DNA from: Alphaproteobacteria bacterium | GTDB taxonomy: Bacteria > Pseudomonadota > Alphaproteobacteria > MPNO01 | Length of the DNA stretch: 64,000 bases | Direction: 5' to 3' | NCBI GenBank assembly: GCA_965248835.1 | Contig: CBDFLJ010000002.1 | Location: forward strand, 1,984,001 to 2,048,000 | Part shown: positions 28,430 through 38,136 of the stretch, piece after piece | Position numbering within the stretch: position 1 is the stretch's first letter | Layout: every line of letters begins with the position of its first letter | Program-made: the position numbers and the translations under genes | Notes under the pieces: generated by a model | Seen by the model: the letters and a program-made list of their open reading frames with translations, nothing else | Told to the model about the DNA's origin: nothing | Database searches by the model: none

Positions 28430-28926
28430 GACGTTGCGCCCCTCTCCTCGGGTCCGGCGCCTCAGGCGGGCGGCTATGCCGGAAGGAGGAAACGCCGGAC
28501 CAGACGGGCAAGTCTTCGCATGACAATGTCTGCCGCGCAATGGCGCCGCATGCGATAGAACGACACCGAAATCATCGACGCCTCCGTCGGTTGCCGCCCA
28601 ACGGTTAGAGCCGGATTGCGGCGTCATTATGAAGAGATTGCCGCAAATCAATGGCGGCTGCCGCCCCGATCGCCGCACCGGCTTGTGTTGATCGGTCTTC
28701 TCCGGAGCCTTATGATGCGGCAACTCAAGACAAGGTGGCCTCAGAGAGGGTGGGAGAACGAGCCCGACCGAAAGGGTGGGCAATGAAGCGGCCGAACTGG
28801 CCGATTTCAGGCAGCGATCCGACCGGCACCGGTATAAATTGCCATGTCGGCGCCGCAATCGGGTTCCAGGTGAGCGCCGGGAGGAGCCGTTCCGCAGACG
28901 CCGCAGCGTAAAGAAGAATTCCCGCG

Positions 28927-29298
28927 ATGACGCCAGCAAACCTCTACCAGCCCGCACGCCCGCTACGGCGAGGCCGCCGTCTCCCGGTCGTCGCAACCGC
29001 GTTGACCGCGCTGCTGGTCGGCGCCTGTTCCGTCAATCCCATGAATTGGATCCGCAGCGGCGACAAAGCCGCCGCCAAGGCGGAGACCGGACCCGTCACC
29101 GGCAACGCGTTCTCGCCTTTGGCCCCGGGCCCGGAAGCGCCCGCGCCGATCACCGCCGAAGAACGCAAGCAGATGGCCGGGAAGCTGATCGCGGACCGCG
29201 AAAACGCCCGCTATACCGACGAGGTCATCCGCCGCCAGAGCGAGGAGCTGACCCCACCGCCCGGCGGCCTTGACGCCGCGCGGGAGCCCGCATCTTGA
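28927..29298 (+). CDS. Hypothetical lipoprotein
   Basis: Basic N-region, hydrophobic core and LVGAC lipobox; LIADRENARYTDE segment. Confidence 0.65.
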   Translation: MTPANLYQPARPLRRGRRLPVVATALTALLVGACSVNPMNWIRSGDKAAAKAETGPVTGNAFSPLAPGPEAPAPITAEERKQMAGKLIADRENARYTDEVIRRQSEELTPPPGGLDAAREPAS

Positions 29299-29478
29299 TG
29301 TCGATGGGCGTGCCCGAGCAGTCGATCTTGCTCCGCATGCCGTCGGACGGACAGCCGCGCCATTCCGAGGCCACACCCTCGGAGGAAGCGGCCGACGGGA
29401 GTGTCGCGGTCTTCCTTGACCGTTCGGGATGAGGCAGCCGCCATCGCAGTGCGGCAATGAAAGGAGCATGACCCAGAC

Positions 29479-30741
29479 GTGCCGGAGTCAAATGACCCAG
29501 TGATCCCGCCGATCGACCGGAACCAGGATTTCTACCGCATTCAGCGCCTTCCGCCCTATGTGTTTGCCGAGGTCAATGCGATGAAGGCCAAGGCGCGCGC
29601 GGCCGGCCATGACATCATCGATTTCGGCATGGGGAACCCCGACAACCCGACGCCGCAACACGTCGTAGAAAAGTTGATCGAGGCGGTCCAGAACCCGCGC
29701 ACCCACCGCTACTCGAATTCCCGGGGAATCCCCGGGCTGCGGCGCGCGGTGGCGGCCTATTACGATCGGCGTTTCGGAGTCGACATCGACCCCGAGCGCG
29801 AAGCCATCGTCACCTTGGGATCAAAGGAGGGGTTCGCCAACCTCGCGATGGCGATCACCAGCCCCGGCGACGTGGTGATCGTCCCCAACCCGTCCTATCC
29901 GATCCATGCCTATGGCTTCATCATCGCCGGCGGGGCGCTGCGCCACGTGCCGGTCGGGCCGGGCATCGATTTCCTGGCCGAACTCGAGCGTGCGGCCCGC
30001 TACAGCGTCCCCTCCCCGATCGCGGTGATCATCAATTTCCCCGCCAACCCGACCGCGCATACCGTCGACCTCGCCTTCTACGAGCGGGTCGTCGATTTCT
30101 GCCGGCGGCGCGGGATCTACATCATCTCCGACCTCGCCTATGCCGAGATTTACTTCGATGACAACCCGCCGCCGTCGGTCCTGCAGATCCCCGGCGCCAA
30201 GGATATCGCGGTGGAGTTCACCTCGCTCAGCAAGAGCTACTCGATGCCCGGCTGGCGCATCGGTTTCGCGATCGGCAACGCTCGGCTGATCGAAGCCCTG
30301 GCGCGGGTGAAGTCCTATCTCGATTACGGCGCGTTCACGCCGATCCAGGTCGCGGCCACCGCCGCGCTCAACGGCCCGCAGGATTGCCTCGATCAGGTGC
30401 GCGCGCTGTATAAGCGCCGGCGCGACGTGCTGGTCGAGAGCTTCGCCGCCGCCGGCTGGCAGATTCCGCCGCCTACGGCGACGATGTTCGCCTGGGCGCC
30501 GATCCCGCCCCGGTTCTCCAACATCGGTTCTCTGGGATTCTCAAAGCTGCTGCTGAGCGAAGCCGGCGTGGCGGTCTCCCCCGGCGGCGGCTTCGGCGAG
30601 TACGGCGAGAGCCACGTTCGGATCGCGATGGTCGAGAACAGGCATCGGATCCGCCAGGCCGCGCGCAGCATCAGACGCTTTCTGTCGACGACGCCGGACG
30701 ACCGGCCGGCCGCGCAAGCCCCCGCGGCGGCGGCGCGGTGA
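29479..30741 (+). CDS. PLP-dependent class I/II aminotransferase (AlaC / LL-DAP aminotransferase-like)
   Basis: DFGMGNPD, GSKEG, NFPANPT, DLAY, SLSKSYSMPGWRIG. Confidence 0.93.
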   Translation: MPESNDPVIPPIDRNQDFYRIQRLPPYVFAEVNAMKAKARAAGHDIIDFGMGNPDNPTPQHVVEKLIEAVQNPRTHRYSNSRGIPGLRRAVAAYYDRRFGVDIDPEREAIVTLGSKEGFANLAMAITSPGDVVIVPNPSYPIHAYGFIIAGGALRHVPVGPGIDFLAELERAARYSVPSPIAVIINFPANPTAHTVDLAFYERVVDFCRRRGIYIISDLAYAEIYFDDNPPPSVLQIPGAKDIAVEFTSLSKSYSMPGWRIGFAIGNARLIEALARVKSYLDYGAFTPIQVAATAALNGPQDCLDQVRALYKRRRDVLVESFAAAGWQIPPPTATMFAWAPIPPRFSNIGSLGFSKLLLSEAGVAVSPGGGFGEYGESHVRIAMVENRHRIRQAARSIRRFLSTTPDDRPAAQAPAAAAR

Positions 30742-32030
30742 AGGAGCCGCTCAAGGTCGCCGTCGCGGGTCTGGGCACCGTCGGCGCCGAAGTCGTGCGC
30801 ATCCTGGCGCACCAGCGCGCGCTCCTGGGCCAGCGCTGCGGCCGGGAGATCGCCGTCACGGCGGTCTCCGCGCGGGATCGCGGCCGCGACCGGGGCGTGG
30901 ACATCTCCGGTTTCGCCTGGTTCGACGATGCGGCGAGGATGGCGCGAGAGGCCGAGGCGGATGTCTTCGTCGAGTTGATCGGCGGCGCGGACGGGATCGC
31001 CAAGACGGCCTGCGAAGCGGCCCTTGATGCCGGCCGCGACGTGGTGACGGCGAACAAGGCCTTGATCGCAAAGCACGGCACCGCGCTCGCCACGGCCGCC
31101 GAGGGTGCCGGGCGGACCCTGGCCTACGAGGCGGCGGTTGCCGGCGGCATCCCGATCGTCAAGGCGCTGCGCGAGGGGCTGGCCGCGAACCGGCTTTCGG
31201 CGGTCTACGGCATCCTCAACGGCACCTGCAACTACATCCTGACGACCATGCGGGAGACCGGCAGGCCGTTCCCCGACGTGCTTGCCGACGCGCAGGCCAG
31301 GGGATACGCCGAGGCGGACCCGAGCTTCGACATCGATGGGATCGATGCCGCGCACAAGCTGTCGATCCTGACGGCGCTCGCCTTCGGCGTGGAGGTCGAT
31401 TTCGACGGCGTGTATGTCGAGGGGATCCGCCACGTCTCGGCCGAGGACATCGCCTTTGCCGACGAGCTTGGCTACCGCATCAAGCTGCTCGGCATCGCGC
31501 GCCAGACCGCCAACGGCATCGAGCAGCGCGTGCACCCGTGCATGATCGCCAAGGACCAGCCGATCGCGCAGGTCGACGGTGTTTACAACGCGGTCGTCGC
31601 TTCGGGCGACTCGGTCGGCTCGACCGTGCTTGTCGGGCGCGGCGCCGGCCCCGGACCGACAGCCTCGGCCGTCGTCGCGGACCTTGCCGATATCGCCCGG
31701 GGACAGCACCTGCCCGCCTTCGCGGTCCCGGCAGGCACCCTGGTCCCGGCGGCGACGGCACCGATGGAGCGCCACCACGGCGCCTACTACATGAGGCTGA
31801 TGGTGGTCGACCGGCCCGGCGTGATCGCCGATGTCGCCGCGGCGTTGCGGGATCAGGAGATCTCGATGGAATCGATGATCCAGCGGGGCCGGAACCCGGG
31901 CGAGCAAGTCCCCGTGGTCATCACCACGCACGAGACCGGGGAGGCCGCGATGACCCGCGCGCTGGACCGGATTTCCCGGCTGGAAAGCATCGTCCAGGCG
32001 CCGCGCATGATTCGCATAGAATCCCTATAA
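30738..32030 (+). CDS. hom: Homoserine dehydrogenase
   Basis: GLGTVG, VTANKA, YEAAVAGGIP, GILNGTCN, GYAEADP, C-terminal ACT domain. Confidence 0.97.
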   Translation: MKEPLKVAVAGLGTVGAEVVRILAHQRALLGQRCGREIAVTAVSARDRGRDRGVDISGFAWFDDAARMAREAEADVFVELIGGADGIAKTACEAALDAGRDVVTANKALIAKHGTALATAAEGAGRTLAYEAAVAGGIPIVKALREGLAANRLSAVYGILNGTCNYILTTMRETGRPFPDVLADAQARGYAEADPSFDIDGIDAAHKLSILTALAFGVEVDFDGVYVEGIRHVSAEDIAFADELGYRIKLLGIARQTANGIEQRVHPCMIAKDQPIAQVDGVYNAVVASGDSVGSTVLVGRGAGPGPTASAVVADLADIARGQHLPAFAVPAGTLVPAATAPMERHHGAYYMRLMVVDRPGVIADVAAALRDQEISMESMIQRGRNPGEQVPVVITTHETGEAAMTRALDRISRLESIVQAPRMIRIESL

Positions 32031-32056
32031 GCTGAGCGCAGGGAAGAGGGGCGGAG

Positions 32057-33049
32057 ATGGCTGGGAACGGGAACGGAATGGACCGGAACCTAGCGCTGGA
32101 AGCCGTCCGGGTGACCGAGGCGGCAGCGCTTGCCGCCTCGCGGCTGATGGGGCGCGGCGACGAGCAGGCGGCCGATCAGGTCGCGGTCGATGCGATGCGC
32201 ACGGCGCTCAACAGCCTGAGCATCGACGGCACCGTGGTCATCGGCGAGGGCGAGCGCGACGAGGCGCCGATGCTCTATATCGGCGAGAAGGTCGGCGCCG
32301 GCGGTGGGCCGAAGATCGACATCGCCCTCGATCCGCTCGAGGGCACGACGATCACCGCCAAGGGCCTGACCAACGCGCTGTCGGTCATCGCGATGGCCGA
32401 GGAAGGCGGCTTCCTCTACTCGCCCGACGTCTACATGGAAAAGATCGCCGTCGGCGGCGGGTTGCCCGAGGGCGTGGTCGACCTCGACCGGAACCCGGCC
32501 GACAACCTCAAAAGCCTGGCCGACGCCAAGGGTGTGGAGGTCGCCGACCTTGTCGCCTGCATCCTCGACCGGCCGCGCCACGAGGAGCTCATCGGCCAGG
32601 TCCGCGAGGCCGGCGCGCGGATCATGCTGATCACCGACGGCGACGTCTCGGGCGTGATCGCCACCTCGGAGGCCGAAAGCGGCGTCGACATCTATCTCGG
32701 CTCGGGCGGTGCACCCGAGGGCGTGCTCGCCGCGGCCGCGCTGCGCTGCATCGGCGGACAGATGCAGGGACGGCTGTTGTTCCGCAACGACGACGAACGC
32801 CGGCGGGCCGCCAATTGCGGCATCGTCGACCTCGATCGCAAATACGGGCTGCTCGACCTTGCCAACGGCGATGTGATGTTCGCCGCCACCGGGGTGACCG
32901 GCGGCACCATGCTGCGCGGGGTACGGCGCTTCGCCGGGGGCGCCTATACCCATTCGATGGTCATGCGCTCGAAATCGGGCACCGTGCGCTATGTCGAGGC
33001 GCACCACAACTTCCAACGCAAGACCGGCTTCGATCCGGTCGACCGGTAG
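32057..33049 (+). CDS. glpX: Class II fructose-1,6-bisphosphatase
   Basis: VIGEGERDEAPML, DPLEGT, DGDV, GGAPEGV, AATGVT. Confidence 0.97.
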   Translation: MAGNGNGMDRNLALEAVRVTEAAALAASRLMGRGDEQAADQVAVDAMRTALNSLSIDGTVVIGEGERDEAPMLYIGEKVGAGGGPKIDIALDPLEGTTITAKGLTNALSVIAMAEEGGFLYSPDVYMEKIAVGGGLPEGVVDLDRNPADNLKSLADAKGVEVADLVACILDRPRHEELIGQVREAGARIMLITDGDVSGVIATSEAESGVDIYLGSGGAPEGVLAAAALRCIGGQMQGRLLFRNDDERRRAANCGIVDLDRKYGLLDLANGDVMFAATGVTGGTMLRGVRRFAGGAYTHSMVMRSKSGTVRYVEAHHNFQRKTGFDPVDR

Positions 33050-33067
33050 AATGCGCCGCCATCCGCC

Positions 33068-34870
33068 ATGACCGGCACGGAACAGTCCAGACCGCCCTTC
33101 CTCGGCGTCGCCTGCTCGCTCAAGGGCAAGCGGTGGCGTGCGCGGTTGGACGATGAGCGGCTGGCGCTGGGCCTGGCTCAGCAATCCGGGCTGCCGGAGC
33201 TTGTCGCCCGCGTGATCGCCGGCCGCGGGGTCGATGGCGCGAGCGTGGAAAACTTCCTCAACCCGACCTTGAGAGCCATGCTGCCCGACCCCTCGGTCCT
33301 GCGCGACATGGACCGCGCGGTCGAAAGAGTCCTCGCGGCCATCCAATCGGGTGAGAGCATCGGTGTGTTCGCCGACTACGACGTCGACGGCGCGACGTCG
33401 GCGGCGTTGCTGGTGCGCTTCTTCGCACGGATCGAACGGAGGCTCGACGTCTACGTCCCCGACCGGCTGCGCGAGGGCTACGGCCCCAACGCCGGCGGTC
33501 TCGAGGCGCTGCGGTCCGCCGGGGTCTCGCTGGTGATCACCGTCGATTGCGGCACCACCGCGCACCGCCCGCTCGCCGAGGCGGCGGCTTCCGGGCTCGA
33601 TGTCATCGTGCTCGACCATCATGTCGCCGAGGCCGCGCTGCCGGAAGCGGTGGCGGTGGTCAACCCGAACCGGCTCGATGAGGACAACGCGTTCGGCCAG
33701 CTCGCCGCGGTCGGTGTGACGTTCCTGTTCCTGGTCGCGCTCAACCGGGCGCTGCGCGAGGCCGGATGGTACGGCCACGGCCACGCGGAACCGGACCTGA
33801 TGGCCTGGCTCGACCTGGTGGCGCTGGGCACGGTGTGCGATGTCGTCCCGCTCCAGGGCGTCAACCGCGCGCTGGTGTGCCAGGGGTTCAAGGTGATGGC
33901 GCAGCGGAACAATCCGGGGCTCGCCGCCTTGGCGGACGTCGCCGGTCTGGACCAGCGGCCGGACGCCTACCACGCGGGCTTCGTGTTCGGTCCGCGGGTC
34001 AATGCCGGCGGGCGCATCGGCGATGCCGGGCTCGGCGTGCGCCTGCTGTCGACCGAGACGGCCGAGGAAGCGGCCGCGATTGCCGGCCAGCTCGATGCGT
34101 GCAACCACCAGCGCCGCGATGTCGAAGCGGCGGTGCTGGCCGAAGCCGAGATCCTGGCGGCCGAAGCGGTCGCCGGCTGCGATCCCGGCCGCGCGCCGCT
34201 CCTGCTGGTCGCGGCCGAAGGCTGGCATCCCGGGGTCATCGGCATCGTCGCCTCGCGGCTCAAGGACAGCTACAACCGGCCGGCCTGCGTGGTCGCGCTC
34301 GACGGTCCGCTGGGCAAGGGCTCCGGGCGCTCCATCCCCGGCGTCGCGCTGGGGCCTGCCGTGATCGCAGCCCGGCAGGCGGGCCTGCTGATCAACGGCG
34401 GCGGCCATGCGATGGCGGCCGGGTTCACGGTCGCGGCCGAGCGCATCGACGATCTGGCGGCCTTCCTCAACGAGCACATCGCCCGCCAACTCGACTTCCG
34501 CGCCCCGGTGGTCGGGCTCGGCATCGATGCCGTGCTGTCGCCCGGCGGCGCAACGGCCGAAATCGTCGAGACGCTGGAGGCGGTCGGGCCGTTCGGCGCC
34601 GGCAACCCGCGGCCGCGTTTCGCGCTCCCTGCCGTGCGTATTGCCCGGGCCGATGTCGTCGGCGGCGATCATGTGCGCTGCTTCCTGGCCGGCAGCAACG
34701 GCGCGCATCGGCTCAAGGGGATCGCCTTTCGTGTGGCGGGCACGCCCCTGGGCGATGCGCTGCTGGGGACGCGCGGGCCGCTGCATGTCGCCGGTCATCT
34801 GCGCGCCGATTCCTGGAAGGGGCCCGGCGCCGTAGAACTTGTCATTGAGGACGCGGCGCACTTGGGATAA
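33068..34870 (+). CDS. recJ: Single-stranded-DNA exonuclease RecJ
   Basis: DYDVDG, TVDCG, DHH, GPRVNAGGR, GSGRS, GGH. Confidence 0.97.
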   Translation: MTGTEQSRPPFLGVACSLKGKRWRARLDDERLALGLAQQSGLPELVARVIAGRGVDGASVENFLNPTLRAMLPDPSVLRDMDRAVERVLAAIQSGESIGVFADYDVDGATSAALLVRFFARIERRLDVYVPDRLREGYGPNAGGLEALRSAGVSLVITVDCGTTAHRPLAEAAASGLDVIVLDHHVAEAALPEAVAVVNPNRLDEDNAFGQLAAVGVTFLFLVALNRALREAGWYGHGHAEPDLMAWLDLVALGTVCDVVPLQGVNRALVCQGFKVMAQRNNPGLAALADVAGLDQRPDAYHAGFVFGPRVNAGGRIGDAGLGVRLLSTETAEEAAAIAGQLDACNHQRRDVEAAVLAEAEILAAEAVAGCDPGRAPLLLVAAEGWHPGVIGIVASRLKDSYNRPACVVALDGPLGKGSGRSIPGVALGPAVIAARQAGLLINGGGHAMAAGFTVAAERIDDLAAFLNEHIARQLDFRAPVVGLGIDAVLSPGGATAEIVETLEAVGPFGAGNPRPRFALPAVRIARADVVGGDHVRCFLAGSNGAHRLKGIAFRVAGTPLGDALLGTRGPLHVAGHLRADSWKGPGAVELVIEDAAHLG

Positions 34871-34887
34871 GGGGTGCGCAGGGGGCT

Positions 34888-35553
34888 TTGGTGGACGTGG
34901 TGACGGGCGGAGCAACGATTCGGCGGAACCGGGGCTGGTTCGAGCGGTTCGGGCGCGGGCTGCGCTATCGCTTCGTGGTGCCGATCAAGCGCAGCCGGCA
35001 CCCGCCGAGCTATACCGCGCGCAGCGTCTCGGTCGGCCTGTTCTGGGCGCTGACGCCGACGGTCGGCGTCCAGATGGCCTTGGTGCTGTTGAACTGGATC
35101 GTCTTTCGCCGGGTCATCCCGCGTTGGGATTTCAACGTCATCCACGCGATGGCCTGGACCTGGGTGACCAATTTCGCGACCGTCCTGCCGGTCTATTACG
35201 TCTTCTACTTCACCGGCCAGGTGCTGCTCGGCCGCTGGGACGACCTGACCGGCTACGAGGCCTTCGCCGGCCTGTGGAGCGTGCGCTTTACCGGCGGCGC
35301 AACGGATTATCTCGCCGGCGAGATCGATACCCTGCAAGCCTATCTCGACGTCATCATCGAAGGCTGGGGCCTGGCCCTGATCGTGGGCTGTTGGCCGTAT
35401 GCGATCCTCGGTGCCTGGATCGGCCATTCCTGGTCGCTCAAACTGGCCGTCGCCCGGCGCCGGCGCCTGTCGATCCGCCGCTTCGGCCGGCCCGGCGCGC
35501 CCTCGACGCGCTCGGACAACCAAGCCCGGCCGGATTGGCGACGCACCGGTTGA
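34888..35553 (+). CDS. DUF2062-family membrane protein
   Basis: ARSVSVGLFWALTPTVGVQ, TWVTN..T..PVY; start uncertain by a few codons. Confidence 0.78.
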   Translation: MVDVVTGGATIRRNRGWFERFGRGLRYRFVVPIKRSRHPPSYTARSVSVGLFWALTPTVGVQMALVLLNWIVFRRVIPRWDFNVIHAMAWTWVTNFATVLPVYYVFYFTGQVLLGRWDDLTGYEAFAGLWSVRFTGGATDYLAGEIDTLQAYLDVIIEGWGLALIVGCWPYAILGAWIGHSWSLKLAVARRRRLSIRRFGRPGAPSTRSDNQARPDWRRTG

Positions 35554-35588
35554 TTTCGCGCCGCCGTCCCGCTACCTATCGCGCACGC

Positions 35589-35664
35589 GACCCCATCGTC
35601 TAGAGGCCTAGGACATCAGCCTTTCACGCTGAAGACACGGGTTCGACTCCCGTTGGGGTCGCCA
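35589..35664 (+). tRNA. tRNA-Glu (TTC)
   Basis: GACCCCA/TGGGGTC acceptor, TCAGC-CT-TTC-AC-GCTGA anticodon arm, GGTTCGACTCC, CCA. Confidence 0.97.
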
Positions 35665-35783
35665 GTTCTTCCCTGGAATTCCGCGGGTCATTGGGTGTCG
35701 GCCGGGCGCCTTTCGAAGTATCTTGACCAGATGACCTACCGCTACAAACGTCGGCATATGGACGAAAGCGAAGACGGCGCGCG

Positions 35784-38132
35784 ATGACGTCCGACGGAAC
35801 TTCAGTGTCCGACAAGGGCGTGGGCGCTCGTCTCCAGCGCAAGGAAGACCGCCGGTTCCTGCACGGTCGGGGGCAATACATCGGCGACTTCCGGCCCGAC
35901 CGCATGAGCGAGGTGGCGTTCGTGCGCAGCCATGTTGCCCATGGCCGGATCGTCGGGCTCGACATACCCAAGCATCTGCGCGGCTCGGTCTTCGTTGCCG
36001 GCGACCTCGCCGATGTCGGCCCGATCCGAGCGGTCTCGCCGCTGCCGGGCTTCAAGGTCTCCGAACAGCCGGTGCTGGCCGCCGACAAGGTGCGCCAGGT
36101 GGGCGAGTTGATCGCAATATGCGTCGCCGACACGCGGGCCGAGGCCGAGGATATGGCGGATGCGGTGACGGTCGAGATCGACGCCCTGCCCGCCGTGGTC
36201 GACATGGTCGCGGCGTGCGATGCGGACTCCCCGCTGGTGCACGAAGCCTGGGGCGACAACGTCTATATCGAGATCGGCTACGACAACGATACCACTCAAG
36301 CGCGCGAGACGGCGCCGATTCGCATCACGCGCGAGCTTCGCACCGCGCGCCAATGCATGGTGCCGATCGAGGGGCGGGGCTTCATCGCCGAATGGGACAG
36401 CCGGCTCGAACAGCTCGTGGTCCACGCCGCCACCCAATTCCCGCATGTCGTGCGCACCGGCCTGGCGCAGTGCCTCGGCCTGGCCGAGGGCCAGCTCCGG
36501 GTGATCTCGCCGGATGTCGGCGGCGGGTTCGGCTACAAGGCGATCCTCGCGCCGGAGGAGGTCTGCCTGTGCTGGCTGGCGCTGCGGTTGAGGCATCCGG
36601 TGCGCTGGCTCGAGGACCGGCGCGAGCACCTGAGCGCCAACGCCAACTGCCGCGAGCATCACTACAAGATCACCGCCTACGCCGATGACAGCGGCCGCCT
36701 GCTGGCGCTCGATGCCGATTGCATCGTCGATTCGGGCGCCTATTCGTCCTATCCGTTCACCGCCGCGATCGAAGCCTCGCAGGTGGCAGCCATCCTGCCG
36801 GGCCCCTACGACCTGGCCGGCTACCGGTGCAGATCGGTTTCCGTGGCCACCAACAAGCCGCCGATCCTGCCGTATCGCGGCGTGGCGCGCCCCGGGGTGT
36901 GCTACGCGATGGAAGTCATGATCGATGCCGTCGCGCACGCCGTCGGGATCGAGCCGTGGCAGGTCCGGCTGCGCAACCTGGTACCGCCCGAGGCGATGCC
37001 CTACGACAACATCACCGACAAGCACTTCGACAGCGGCGACTATCCGGCGCTGCTCAACCGCGCGGTCGAGGCGATCGATGTCCAGGGCGTGCGGGCACGC
37101 CAGCGGCGCGGCGAAGCGGATGGACGCCTGATCGGCCTCGGGTTCGCCAGCCTGTCCGAGCAGGCCGCCCACGGCACGACCGCCGACGGCAAGAAACGGG
37201 CGCTTCACGAACTCGCCATGGCACGGCTGACCCCCGACGGCGGGCTGGAGCTCAGGGTTGGCGTGCACAGCCATGGCCAGGGCCTGGAGACGACGCTGGC
37301 CCAGATCGCGCACGAGATCCTCGGCATCGATCCGGGCGCGGTCCGTCTCGTCCACGGCGATACCGCGCTGACGCCATACTCGACCGGTACCTGGGGATCG
37401 CGCTGCATCGTCTGGGCCGGCGGCGCGACCGCCAGCGCCTGCCGCGAGATCGCGACGCGGGCCGCCCGGATCGGCGCGCGGATGCTGCAGACCAACGAGG
37501 ACAGCGTCGCCGTTCTCGACGGCGCCGTTGTCGGGCCGTCGGGCAGCGTCTCGCTGGCCGAGATCGCCGCCGCCTATTACCTGCGCCCGGCCGATCTTCC
37601 CGACGACATCGATTCACGCGGGCTCGAGGCGACCGAGGGCTACGCGCCGGGCGTGCGGACGGGCGTGCATACCGGCGCGACGCACGCGGCCGTGGTCGCG
37701 CTCGACCCGGGAACCGGGGTGGTCGAGATCCTCGATTATGTCGTCGCCGAAGATGCCGGGGTGATGATCAACCCGATGATCGTCGACGGCCAAATCATCG
37801 GCGGTACCGCCCAGGGCGTCGGCTCGGCGCTGTTCGAGGAGGCGCGGTTCGGCGCGGACGGCCAGCCGCTCGACACCACGCTGGCGGACTATCTGCTGCC
37901 GGGAGCCAGCGAAATGCCCGATGTCCGGGTCCTGCACATGCAGACCCCCTCGCCCTATACGACCTTCGGCCAGAAGGGTGTCGGCGAGGGCGGTGCGATC
38001 GGACCCGGCGCGGCGATCACCAACGCGATCAACGACGCGCTGCGGCCGCTGGGGGCCGAGCTGTGCGAGATCCCGGCCACGCCGCGGCGCGTGCTGCAAG
38101 CGATCGCCGATGCCCGGGAGAGAACCGGGTGA
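35784..38132 (+). CDS. Xanthine dehydrogenase-family molybdopterin-binding subunit (1)
   Basis: RKEDRRFLHGRGQY, DVGGGFG, PYRGVAR, HGQG, TWGSR, GQIIGG, KGVGEGG. Confidence 0.93.
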   Translation: MTSDGTSVSDKGVGARLQRKEDRRFLHGRGQYIGDFRPDRMSEVAFVRSHVAHGRIVGLDIPKHLRGSVFVAGDLADVGPIRAVSPLPGFKVSEQPVLAADKVRQVGELIAICVADTRAEAEDMADAVTVEIDALPAVVDMVAACDADSPLVHEAWGDNVYIEIGYDNDTTQARETAPIRITRELRTARQCMVPIEGRGFIAEWDSRLEQLVVHAATQFPHVVRTGLAQCLGLAEGQLRVISPDVGGGFGYKAILAPEEVCLCWLALRLRHPVRWLEDRREHLSANANCREHHYKITAYADDSGRLLALDADCIVDSGAYSSYPFTAAIEASQVAAILPGPYDLAGYRCRSVSVATNKPPILPYRGVARPGVCYAMEVMIDAVAHAVGIEPWQVRLRNLVPPEAMPYDNITDKHFDSGDYPALLNRAVEAIDVQGVRARQRRGEADGRLIGLGFASLSEQAAHGTTADGKKRALHELAMARLTPDGGLELRVGVHSHGQGLETTLAQIAHEILGIDPGAVRLVHGDTALTPYSTGTWGSRCIVWAGGATASACREIATRAARIGARMLQTNEDSVAVLDGAVVGPSGSVSLAEIAAAYYLRPADLPDDIDSRGLEATEGYAPGVRTGVHTGATHAAVVALDPGTGVVEILDYVVAEDAGVMINPMIVDGQIIGGTAQGVGSALFEEARFGADGQPLDTTLADYLLPGASEMPDVRVLHMQTPSPYTTFGQKGVGEGGAIGPGAAITNAINDALRPLGAELCEIPATPRRVLQAIADARERTG

Positions 38133-38136
38133 GTCG

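Noticed and set aside
32090-34915. 941-aa minus-strand ORF and similar long Arg/Gly/Ala-rich ORFs (e.g. 8305-10686, 23310-25775, 119-1564)
   Set aside because: Shadow or off-frame ORFs overlapping well-supported genes, with no motifs; expected at this GC content
35784-38132. Aerobic CO dehydrogenase (CoxL) call for either Mo subunit
   Set aside because: Active-site loops are PYRGVAR and TYRGPGR, not AYxCSFR (form I) or AYRGAGR (form II), and no coxMS or accessory genes are present
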